Source: Protoeuglena noctilucae
Lineage: Eukaryota
DNA: 64,000 bases
Direction of reading: 5' to 3'
Assembly (NCBI GenBank): GCA_958009085.1
Contig: OY253668.1
Coordinates: 1-64,000 of the forward strand
Shown here: positions 1-10,910 of the stretch, one piece after another
Layout of the letters: the number at the start of each line of letters is the position of its first letter
How positions within the stretch are numbered: position 1 is the first letter of the stretch
Program-made: the position numbers and the translations under genes
The notes under the pieces: model-generated
Database searches by the model: none
Told to the model about the DNA's origin: nothing
What the model saw: only the letters and a program-made list of their open reading frames with translations

Positions 1-341
1 ACCCTAACCCTAACCCTAACCCTAACCCTAACCCTAACCCTAACCCTAACCCTAACCCTAACCCTAACCCTAACCCTAACCCTAACCCTAACCCTAACCC
101 TAACCCTAACCCTAACCCTAACCCTAACCCTAACCCTAACCCTAACCCTAACCCTAACCCTAACCCTACCCTTACCCTACCCTAACCCTAAACCCTAGCC
201 TAACCTAACCCTAACCCTAACCTAACCCTAACTGGGCCTGACCCCTGAGCCTAACCTAACCTAACCCTACCCCTACCTGCCTACCTACCTAACTAAACCT
301 AACCCTTGCCTGCCCCTAACCTACCTAACCTAACCCTAACC
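1..341. repeat. Telomere: (CCCTAA)n = (TTAGGG)n array, perfect to about 167, then degenerate variant repeats
   Basis: Direct tandem CCCTAA from base 1; variants (CCCTAC, CCTAA, CCTAG) up to about 341. Confidence 0.98.
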
Positions 342-1330
342 TACGCACCTGTCAAGGGCGAGACGCGAGACTGACGGAAAGCACTCCATGCATTTCTATC
401 ACCCACAGCCAGGCCAGCCGTCACCTCACGTGCGTGACCTTGTTCTTGTGCCGACAGCCCGTCATACACCTTGACACTGCGGTCCGCGCTGCATCCCAGC
501 GCCAGGCGGTCGTCCGGCGTCCACGCTACGCCCAACACGCTCCCTGCGAGGCCTGCGGATGGATGGCAGAGCGAGGCCCCCGGTCGCACGCCTGCCGACC
601 AGGCACAGGCCAGCAGCCCACACAGCCAGCATGGGTCACCGCGTCTTGCCGTCCCTCCGCAGCCCCTCACCCGTCAGCACCAGGCGGCTGGCTTCCGCAG
701 TTGCGTCCCAGACCTTGACCAGCCAGTCGTGGCCGCGCCCGTGGCGCTCAGCTCCCCGTCCCTGCAACCCCCCTTTGTGTGCCGTAAAGTGCAGCACGCA
801 CTTCGCCGGCGCCCGGTACGCGCGCTAGCCCTCGTCCCGCAGCAGCTCCGCCCTCACGCCCCTCTCCTGTGCTGTACCCTCCCGCCACAGTGCCCGCTCG
901 TCTCTTCCAAGTCACAGCTGACTTGGGGAGTGCTCAGTTGCGAGCAGTTGCCTTGGCCTCCTCCTCAATGCGAAAAGCATGGCTGTGGAAGGGCGCGTGT
1001 GCCCTTCCAACACACACCCGCTCCGCGCTTGGTGCCCCGGCCGGCCACCGTCGACAGCCCCGGTGCTGCCCCCACCCCCTCCAGTGCTCCCCCCTCGCGA
1101 GCGCAAGCTTGTCCTGGATCAGGCCTCCGCTGCTGACCCACACGCAAGTGGCCCTATCTCAGCGCAGCCTGCTCCTCCCAGCCCTCCCGCGCCGCACGAA
1201 CGCCCTCTGCGCTCCACGCCCCTCTTATGTGGCATCCTCTTGCACCAAAGCAGCTCTTGTCCCGCCGCAGCGTCGATGATCATGATGATCCTCATCATGC
1301 GTCGTCCTCTGCGCGCCTTGCTCCTTCTCC
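341..1330 (-). pseudogene. ATG16: Decayed ATG16-like (coiled-coil + WD40) fragment truncated by the telomere
   Basis: Minus-strand peptides PAKCVLHFTAHKGGC, GHDWLVKVWDA, GLAGSVLGVAWTPDDRLALGCSADRSVKVYD and GHAREVTA follow the order of plant ATG16 WD repeats. There is an in-frame TAG near 826 and a frameshift near 735, and the frame runs into telomere repeats. Confidence 0.6.
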
Positions 1331-1709
1331 ACCCCCCAGCCCATCGACATGATCAAGTTCGCAAACGTCTCTCACGCGCGGCATGCACAGCCAAGCCAAC
1401 AGAGCATTCTGCCGCCCAAACTCTCCGCGCTGGCGGTCCTCTGGCGCCTGAACCCCCAGCGCGCACCGTTGTGTCTCGGGTCTTATCCCTCGCGCACCAG
1501 CACCGTCGATCCATATCCGCACCGCCTCTCACAGACTCCGCGTGCAGGCATTCAGCTGACGTGCAAGTGCGCGGTGCTCGCTGTCCCTCTGAGTAGACTT
1601 AGCCGGCCATTTGGCGTGTCCGCTGTGAGATCCGCGCGAGGTGGACGAGCCGGGTTTTCCAGGCGCAGAAACGCCCGCGTGGGCGCGCGTCAAGGGGGGC
1701 ACGAGCGCG

Positions 1710-3504
1710 ATGGGGATTCAGGCCGAGGCGGGGCTCTCCGCGTACTATCAGTCGAAAATCGAGCAGCTAGAGCTGCAGGCGAGTGGCGGGACACCTGCAA
1801 CGCCGAGATCCGGCGCCTGCCGCGCTGCGCGCGACCGTCCTCCGAACTGGGCAGCGCGAGGCTCCCTTCGGCCGCGCGGGCGCGGAGCCCATCTCGCGCG
1901 CCCTCTCTTTCCCTGCTCACGCGCATTGCTATCTCGCGGTGTGCTGTGGGCTGCATGAGGGTGTCCAGCGCGTCGCAACGACATGGTTTTGCCCGCCTCG
2001 TCTCGCGTTTGCAGGTGCGGGATCGCCTGCAGAACCTGCGCAGGCTGCAGGCGCAGCGCAATGACCTCAATTCGAAGGTCCGCTCGTTGCGGGAGGAGCT
2101 GCAGCTGCTGCAGCAGCCGGGGTCCCACGTCGGGGAGGTCGTCAAGGTGCGCTTGCGCGTCCTGCGCCGCTCTGTCCCTTCCGCCGCCCCGCCCGCCCAC
2201 TCGACACCCCCTCTTCCATTTCTCAGGTGATGGGTAAGAACAAGGTCCTCGTCAAGGTGCACCCGGATGGCAAGTACGTGGTGGACCTGGACCCCAGCAT
2301 CAAGATCGAGGGCCTCAAGGCGGGCACGCGCGTGGCCCTGCGCAACGACTCGTACCAGCTGCACTACGTGCTGCCCACCAAGGCAAGGCCGCGCTTGCGA
2401 GACCATGCTCGGCCCCGCTTCTGCCCCATGCATCGTTCACACGCCTGCCCGGCCCACCCCTCTCCCTTCCCCCAGGTGGACCCCCTGGTGTCTCTGATGA
2501 AGGTGGAGAAGGTGCCCGACTCCACGTACGACATGATTGGGGGGCTGGACAAGCAGATCAAGGAGCTAAAGGAGGTCATCGAGCTGCCCATCAAGCACCC
2601 GGAGCTGTTCGAGGCGCTGGGGGTGGCGCAGCCGAAGGGGGTCATTCTGCACGGGCCGCCGGGTGAGGGCGCGACGGTTCGCCGTCGTAGTCGAGAGTCG
2701 CATTCCATGGCATGCCACGTGCCCGTCGCGCACCTGCACTCTCGCACCCCCTTGCGCCCCCTCAGGCACGGGCAAGACGCTGCTGGCCCGCGCCGTGGCC
2801 CACCACACCGACTGTACCTTCATCCGCGTGTCGGGGTCGGAGCTGGTGCAAAAATACATTGGGGAAGGGTCCCGCATGGTGAGGGAGCTGTTCGTGATGG
2901 CCCGAGAGCACGCTCCCTCCATCATCTTCATGGACGAGGTGGACTCGATCGGCTCCGCCCGTACCAACTCCGGGGGCGGGGGCGGCGACTCCGAGGTGCA
3001 GCGCACGATGCTGGAGCTGCTCAACCAGCTGGATGGATTCGAGGCCACCAACAAGATCAAGGTGCTGATGGCCACGAACCGGCTGGACATCCTCGACTCG
3101 GCGCTGCTGCGGCCGGGGCGCATCGACCGCAAGATCGAGATCCCCAACCCCAACGAGGAGTCGCGCCACGCGATCCTCAAGATCCACTCGCGCAAGATGA
3201 ACCTCATGAGGGGGATCGACCTCAAGAAGGCGAGAGACGGAGTCGATGGGGTGTGCACAGCACTCTGCTCGCATGCTGGCATACTCTTACATGCGACCCT
3301 ACGCGCCAGCCGCTTTTGCAGATCGCGGACAAGATGACGGGCGCCAGCGGGGCGGAGCTGAAGGCGTGCTGCACGGAGGCGGGCATGTTCGCTCTCCGCG
3401 AGCGCCGCGTGCACGTGACGCAGGAGGACTTCGAGATGGCGGTGGCCAAGGTGATGAAGAAGGACACCGACAAGGACATGTCGCTCAAGAAGCTGTGGAA
3501 GTAG
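1710..3504 (+). CDS. RPT6: 26S proteasome AAA-ATPase regulatory subunit RPT6/PSMC5 (6 exons)
   Basis: Exons 1710-1778, 2015-2146, 2227-2382, 2476-2662, 2766-3229, 3322-3504; Walker [18 protein letters not shown]-terminus MSLKKLWK. Confidence 0.97.
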
Positions 3505-3553
3505 ATGGCGCACAGAGAGGCGCTGCTTGAAACGCACCGGCCGCTGCCCTATG

Positions 3554-6500
3554 CTATGCCCGCTGCACCTCGTCGCGCCGCACCACGGCCCGCACGGGGC
3601 CAACCTGCACCTCCACCCCCCGGGCACTCACGCCCACCACCTCGCCACGCCCCTTGAGCCTGGGCACCAGCACCACGTCACCCACGCGCGGCAGCCACTC
3701 CCGGGGAGGGGCAGACGGCGGCGGAGGGGCGGGGGTCGCTGCCTCAGTCACCCGAGCCCCAGCCGCGGCCCCACCCCCCAGCGCCGCCCGTGCCCCCCTC
3801 ACATGTGCCCCGATGGCACGCACGGCCCGCTGTTCCTGCGGGACAGGGCAGAGCAAAACGAAGTTTGCGCAATGTGGAACAGGTAGATTGCGGATTGCCA
3901 ACCCCTCCCCCTCCCTGCCACGCACCGCCTTGCGCCACTCGGCGCGCTTGGTCGCCTCTGCCGACGCCAGCAGCGCCCGCTCCTCCGCCAGCGCAGCCTT
4001 CGCTGCCTCCGCCTCCGCCTCGTCCTCCATGGCGCGCGCGCGCAGAGCCTCCAACTCTGTGGAAGGGAGGAGCGTGGGTAGCAGTCGCCTACACCCAGCA
4101 ACCCCTATCGCCGCCTCGCCAATCGCTGGCAACGCTTTGAGCAGCATAACTTGCCTGCCACCATGGCCCCCGCCGACTGGTGCGCGTCCCCCAGTCTCTC
4201 CCTCGCCGCCGCCACCACCCCCGCGTCCAGGCCCAGTCGCGCAGCGATGTTGACGGCGTTGCTGCGGCCAGGCACGCCCCACAGGAGGCGGTACGTGGGG
4301 CGCAGCGACACCTCGTCGAACTCCACCGACGCATTCTCGAACCTGGGGCAGCGAGAGGAGTGCAGCGTGTCCTGGCGATGCTCACGTGGCAGGGACAGGG
4401 TGCGCTGTTAAAACCCACGCAGTGTCTGCCGCCTCACCGATCGTCCTGGTACTTGAGGGACGTGAGTAGGGCCATGTGTGTGGTAGCCACCGTGAGTCCC
4501 GCCCCCCCCGGTCCCCCCGTGGCCATCCGCCTCAGCAGCGCCACCCCCAGGGCCGCCCCCTCGGCCGGGTCCGTGCCGGTGCCCAGCTCGTCCAGGAGCA
4601 CCAGGGACCGGTTGCCAGACTCGCATCGAAGCTGGTGGATGCGGCGCAGGTGCCCGGAGAAGGTGGACAGGCTGGCAGAGAGGCTCTGGGAGTCCCCGAT
4701 GTCGGCGTATACGCCCTCGAACCACGCAAGGCGGGCGGAGCGGGCGGGGACGAAGAGACCGGCCTGGGACATGAGCACCGCGAGGCCGAGCGCCTTCAGG
4801 ACGGCCGTCTTGCCACCGGTGTTGGGGCCCGTGATGACCACCGCGCGCGTGGGCAGACGCACCGTCACATCGCAGGGGACGGGTGCGGGTGGGGCGCCCT
4901 CTTCACCGTTTGAGGTGGGCCCGGACCCCGCATTCGGCCCCTCCTCCGCCGTCGGCCTCGCCACCCCCTGTTCCCGCAGCCGCGCCAGCAGTGACCGCTC
5001 CCCGCCCCCCGCAGCCGCCTGCTCGCTCCACCGCTTGTGCCTCGCGGCCAGGAGGGGGTGCCGCAGCAGCTGCAGCGCCAGGTAAGGCTCAGAGACGGCC
5101 TGCAAAAGCCAACAGCAGTGACAGTGAGCGTGGCAGCTAGCGCATCACCACCGCAGGCCACGTGCTCACTCCTGCTGCAACGCTTGCCCAGCCAGGGCAG
5201 CCACGGCGCCCCTTGCCTGTTTCTGCCCGGTCTTCCTGGCCTTGGCGACGGCGCGCCCCGGTATGCCCCCCCACTCGGCCCTCTCCGGCGGCACGCACAG
5301 CAGCCACCTCCCGAAGCGCGCCCTGGCACACGCGGCATCCAGCCACACGACGGCCTCCAGGCACTGGCGCACGCTGTCGGCGCTGCCCATCACCTGGCCG
5401 GACAGCGACCACTGCGAGTGCGGGGGGGCAGCAGTGGCTGGCATGCAAGGGGTGGAGGGCATGCAATGAGCACCGCCACTGCAATGGGGCCAACCAACGC
5501 ACCATGAAGCTCTCCTCTGCGTCCCTCATCTCCTGCACCGCCTCTACCAACTGGTTGTTCCCCGGCACGGCCGCCTGCGCGCATGGCTTGCGCTTGGGTG
5601 CATGTGGGGGCAGAGCAGCTGTGGTGGGTCGAGCGTCATCCACGCATGCCACCGCACCTGTGGCTCGAAGTAGACGACCCCCCCCGCGACGCTGCTCCCC
5701 AGCACGAGTCCCTTCCGCGCCGCCACTGCTCCCGCGTCCCCCGGCACTGCCAGGCACATGCGGCCCTTGTACTCGGTGACATCGCCCGACGCGCCCCGGC
5801 CACGCACCACCGACTCCACCCGGCCACGCAGGGTCTGCACGCGCACCCGCGCGGAGCTGCAGGCGGGATCGGAAGGGCCGCAGGTGGGGCGATGCGCGAG
5901 GGGCACCCCTGCACACCCTCCCACACCCGTGCCGACATCCGCAGCTGCAAGGCAGACGCGTCTGATCCCCACAGGTGAGCGAGAGACGAGAGCTGTGGTG
6001 AATCTCACCGGACCTCCTCCGATGCGGTGCTCTTGACCGCGCCATCCTCCTCCAGGGACCCCCGGATGCGCTCGAGCAGGTCAGGGCAGGTGGGCAAGCC
6101 CCTGCGAGAGAGGTAGAATGGGGGAACGATGGCGAGGGGGCCATGGGTGCGTGCACATCAAAAGCTGTGATGCACATGCAAAACATCGCCAGTCACTCCC
6201 TCCACCACCAGCAGCAGCCGCCTGCCCCTCACTTGAAGACGGCCTCCAGCGGACGCAGTGCCTGGTACGTGCGGCTCTCCACGCCTGCCTCACGCTTGAC
6301 CCGCTCCACCGTCGGAAGCACGGACCTGGGCGGAGGGCCATGGCATGCTTCCCCTATAGCTAGCATGGCTGCGGGCACGCCCAGCATCCACAGCACGTGC
6401 CATACACGAGCGCTGCCACTGTGCGCCCCCCGCCCGTCCCCACCTAGCGAGTCTCCCCGCCCCGGCCAGGACGGATGCCACCGCGAGCAGCTCCGCGCCG

Positions 6501-7033
6501 CTCAGCAGGCCCGCCGCCTCTGCCCGCCTCAGCGCAGGCACCGCCAGCCCCGTCTCCACACCGCCAAACTGCAGCGCCGCGCCGTGCAGCGCCTCGATCG
6601 CGTCCACCGCGACCGTCTCTGCTAAGAGCCCCTCCGCCTTGGCACTTGAACGACCCGGCAACATCCTCCGCACGGCCTCGCGGCCAGCGACGGTGGACGC
6701 AAAGCGCTCGACCTCCGCGCACAGCTCCCTCCAGCCCAGGACGTCCAACGCGTGGAGCGCTGCCGGGCCTAGATTATCCTCCTCGGCATCCGTGGCCAAT
6801 GGCGCCACGCCGCTGTCGCTCCCCTCGCTCAGCACGGACGCGGCTTGGACCCGCAGGAGCCCCCGACGCTCCGCGCGTGTAGTTCTCGGTCCCGTCGCAT
6901 GGTTGCAAGAATTCCACGACTTATGTGTAGCGGTCTGGCTAACTGGTCGCAGGTAAACACGCGGCGCGCGGCGCGGCGGGCACGATGTATGCCCGCTGCA
7001 ACACAGGCAGCCCCTCGGCGCGAGGGTTGTCAT
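3554..7033 (-). CDS. MutS2: Plastid-type MutS2 family ATPase (multi-exon), ending in a KOW-like domain
   Basis: Transit-like N-terminus; [71 protein letters not shown]-terminal [12 protein letters not shown]. Confidence 0.92.
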
Positions 7034-7387
7034 AGCGCCAATCGCGGCAGCTTGACGACTGCGGAAGTATCGGATATAGTCGCTCGCGAGTCGAGGAACA
7101 TCATCCCTCAAGAAGCAACGCGCAGCTCTTGGTGTTGCATCGTGGCCACTCACCCCTGCCCTTGCCGCAAAGCCGCTTCTTCTCAGTGACACCGCTACTT
7201 CAGCAGTGCTAGTAGTACAGGTGCTAACAGGCCCTGATGGGCGAGGGGCTCGAACAGGTGCCGCGACTGCGGGCGTTGTTCTCTGGCCTTCGCTAAGACC
7301 AAGTGCCCACTTCCCCATCGCGACTGCATTGGGTTCAAACCAACATCGCTTTCAAGCTCTCTACTCAGTCGTGTGCGGCACAACCAG

Positions 7388-10222
7388 TCAGTCCATGCCT
7401 GCCAGAGGGTCCACAGCGGCCGACCCCGTGCCTGTGCCCGGCAGCGCCCCAGCGTGCGGGTCTGCCATCGCCAGCATGCGCTGCCGGTCGGCCTCCGCCG
7501 CCCGCGCCTTGTCCTGCTCCCCCCACGCCGCGTACACCTCCCCCAGCGTCGCAAAGTCCCTCGCCGCGTCCTCGAACCGACGCATGTGGCTGCGGGCCTG
7601 GGCGCGCCGCAGCACCGCCTTGGCCAAGGAGGCGCCGGCAGAGGACCCCGAATCCCAGGAACCCGGCGCACCCATGGCCACCAGCGCCGCCGCAGCGTCG
7701 CCGAACTCCCCGTCGGTGCCGGAGTCGTGGGCACGCTCGAGCCCCTCTGCCCGTGCCGCCCCGACCAGCGCCCCCAGCGCCTGCGTGCAGTCCTCCTCCG
7801 CCCGCCGCAGCCTGCGGGACACCCGGGAAGCGAAACGATTGTCGGCTCGCATGGAACCCCTGGCATGCAACCACCGCCCTCACGTGCATCGCCAGCCCCC
7901 TGAGCTTCTCACGCGTTGAGCTTGAGCAGCGCGGCGGCGCGGGCGACGAGTGCCGCGGCCTCGTCGACCCCCGACCCCCTCGCCGCCTCGGCTGCCACCC
8001 CGTACGCGTCAGCCGCCCCCTCCCAGTCCCCCGCTCGGAAACGACGCAGCCCCACCTCCATGACAGAAGACAGGTCCTGCGGACGCATCGTATGCATATA
8101 TGGCGTATGTGGAATTATAGCAGCAACCTTCAGCTCCACTGCCCCACTTCAACCACGTCCTCCAAACCACGTCCCACACTCCACCACTCCCTCTCACCTT
8201 CGCACCTGCGATAGCCCAGTCCCACTCCCCCACTCCCCTTCTCCCTCACCTGCGTCCCCCTGGCCATGGCCGCATCCTCCGCGGATCTCCGAATCTCCTC
8301 GTTTCCCGGGTCCAGCGCCAGGGCACGCTCCAAATCAACCAAAGCGCCCTCGGCGTCCCCCGACTGCGCGCGTGCCTGGGCGCGGCGGCACAGCACCTTG
8401 ACGGCCATGCGGCGCGACTTGGCAGCGGCACGCGCCTCCGCACCCCCCTCCCCATCGTCGGGCATGGGTGGCCCCGCGGGTGGGGGCGCCAGTGCAAGGG
8501 CACGGTCGCAGTCGGCCGCGCACTGCTGCAGCATGCCCAGCTGCAGGTGGCAGGCGGCGCGGTTGGCGAAGAGGGCGGCGATGCTGTCGTCGAGCTCCAT
8601 GGCGCGCGAGTAAGCGTTGACTGCAGGCCGGGTGGGGGAAGGGATTAGGGTGTCGGGCAAGGCGGACCAAAGGCATCGCGCTTGCAGCGGGCCCCTGCCC
8701 CTGTCCCGCGCTCTCTCTCACGTGCTGCTTGGTAGTTGCCCTTGCCGAAGAGAGCGTCTCCCTTGTCCTTCAGAAACATGGGCTGGCGCTCCGAGATGTC
8801 ATTGGAGGGCTCCGACGCACCGCCCTCGGCTGCCTTGCGACTGCAGACGACGACCACCATGGGGTAGCGATAAGACGATAACATAGCAAGATATCAGTGA
8901 CACGGCAATGCACTACCGCCCATGACTCCCCTGGCACGTCCCCATCGCTGCCATACCATGCCATGCCTGCATCTCTACACCACCAACCCCTCACCGGTAC
9001 TCTGCGATCTCCGCCTCCCGCTTCTCCCGCGCGGGCAGGTGGGGCGTCTGCAGCTGCGTAAACTCCACCGCCACCGCCTCCGCGCGCGCACGGGGAGGGG
9101 GCAGCGGGCGGAACGTGACCGGAGGGGCAGCCGCCTCGGTTCGCCCGTCACTCCCGACCGCCCCTTCCCTCTGCGCAGGGATGCCCTTTCCCCTCTGCCC
9201 CTCTTCATCTTCCTCTCCCTCGCCCCCCTCCACCACCACGTGTCGCCGGCTCCAGCTCTCCCCCTCCCCCTCCCCCCGCCCCTGCCCGGTGCCCCTCCAC
9301 CCCCGGCCGTGGTAGTCGGGGTGATCGAGCATGGGCGCATCCTCCTCTTCCATCACACCCGCACCCTCCTCCTCATCCTCCTCCTCATCGTCCTCATCCC
9401 CCTCCGCCCCACTCGGCAGCAGCCCCACCCGCCTCCTCTCTGCCTCCAGCTCCAACGCCTTCAAACGGTCCACCTCACGGCGCTTGGCAGAGTCCAGGTC
9501 GAAGGTCTGGTGGGTCAGGTCCTTCTCGTAACGCTTGCGCTCGCCCAGCTTCAGGCGACGAGCCTCCTGCGAGGGGTGAGAGGATGGGTGAGTGACGGAG
9601 TTGCTGCAACGATGCAGCAGGAACAGCGCCCTCGCTATACCACTGCGACGCAGCCACGACACGCACACGGCTGCATCGCATCGCCAGCTGTATCTCTGCG
9701 AATCTCTCGCCTCGATGCGCCTGTGTGCTGCCTCAATCGACGCCGCCCTTCGCTGCGCCAGGTCCTCCTTGGTCGCACCCTCGGCCGTCAGCCGGCCCCA
9801 AAGGCCAGGGGAGCGCTTGACCGCGCGGAAGGTGACGCCGCCCACGTCCACCGTCGCCGTCGTCTGCGCGTCGTCGATCTCGCCGTGCAGCTGCGGGGGG
9901 GGGGGGGGCAGGGAGGTGTGGGGGTGCATGGTGGCAGGCCCTGCCTGCCTGCCGACAATTGGGTGGCACTGCAGGGTCGCCCTCACGTCGGCGAGGAAGA
10001 AGTACGGCGGCGCATTGACTTTGAGCAGGCATTCCGTGGCAAACACGTCCACCCGGGCGCGAGGGACCCCCGGAGTGCGCACGGTCACTGCGGGCGAGGG
10101 ATTCCGAGGTGTTTTGGCAGGGATCTCGGGGCGGACGGGATCAGACGATATGCAGTATGATGTCATTTACCTGAAAGAAGGGTCTCGGACTCTTCCCACT
10201 CGAACGCGGGCGTCAGCGGCAT
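7388..10222 (-). CDS. DNAAF4: Dynein axonemal assembly factor 4 (DYX1C1/PF23): CS domain + coiled coil + TPR repeats
   Basis: Exon 1 MPLTPAFEWEESE; CS domain LKVNAPPYFFLADLHGEID; PPPR...VEFT...LPARE motif; TPRs FLKDKGDALFGKGNY and LFANRAACHLQL. Confidence 0.85.
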
Positions 10223-10345
10223 GGTGCACGCTTTGGTCCCCTGCTGTGCCGGGCCTCCGCGCTGTCGTGGGCCTGCGAGTGAAAGGAACACCCCGGCGTC
10301 GTCACTGATTTATAAACACATCAGAGCGTGCGTTGTTCACGCGAG

Positions 10346-10643
10346 ATGGATCGCGTGAGCCGAGGACGGGGTATGCCCGTCCATGCAGCCCACCTGGGAG
10401 CCTGGAAGCGAGAACTGGGGCGCGTTCGCACGCCCCACCGAGCTAGTACAATCCCGCTGGCTGCAGCGGTCGAGGCGTGCGATTGGAAGGAGCAGATCTT
10501 GGCCGAAGCGACCTCGAAACAAAAATACCGTGGCGAAGCTGGTCCAGAACGAGCAGCTTGTTGTTCCCGTAAAATACAGTGCTCGCCCGCCCACCGTAGA
10601 GGACGTGACGAACGTGCAAATCAGCTGTCACGGTGGCTGCTGA
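10346..10643 (+). CDS. Possible small basic protein of about 61 aa (2 exons) ending CHGGC-TGA
   Basis: TATA-like TTTATAAA at about 10309; ATGGATCGC|gtgag...ctgcag| splice gives an open frame to TGA at 10641-10643; no recognised family. Confidence 0.3.
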
Positions 10644-10910
10644 TGGCGACAAAATTGTGCCAGCGAGTCCGTGCCCTTGCGGTGCGGCACAGGTGCAGAG
10701 CGCTGCCTGTCTCCGGCCCTCCCAGTGCTTCTGCAACCATACCTAAAGTCCTCGTCGCTGGGCAGCAGCGTATGCTGAGAATACTTGGCAAAGGCGCCTG
10801 CTGCGCCACTTTGCATCAGTGCAGTGTGGCCAAGCGGTATACACCGGGTCTCTAGGCCTTTTGCAGTCCATTGGTGACGTACCTTTTTTGATAGGAGACC
10901 GGCCGTGGCT

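Noticed and set aside
10320..10890. Telomerase RNA candidate (TATA upstream, T-run downstream)
   Set aside because: No CTAACCCT-like template was found within the interval.
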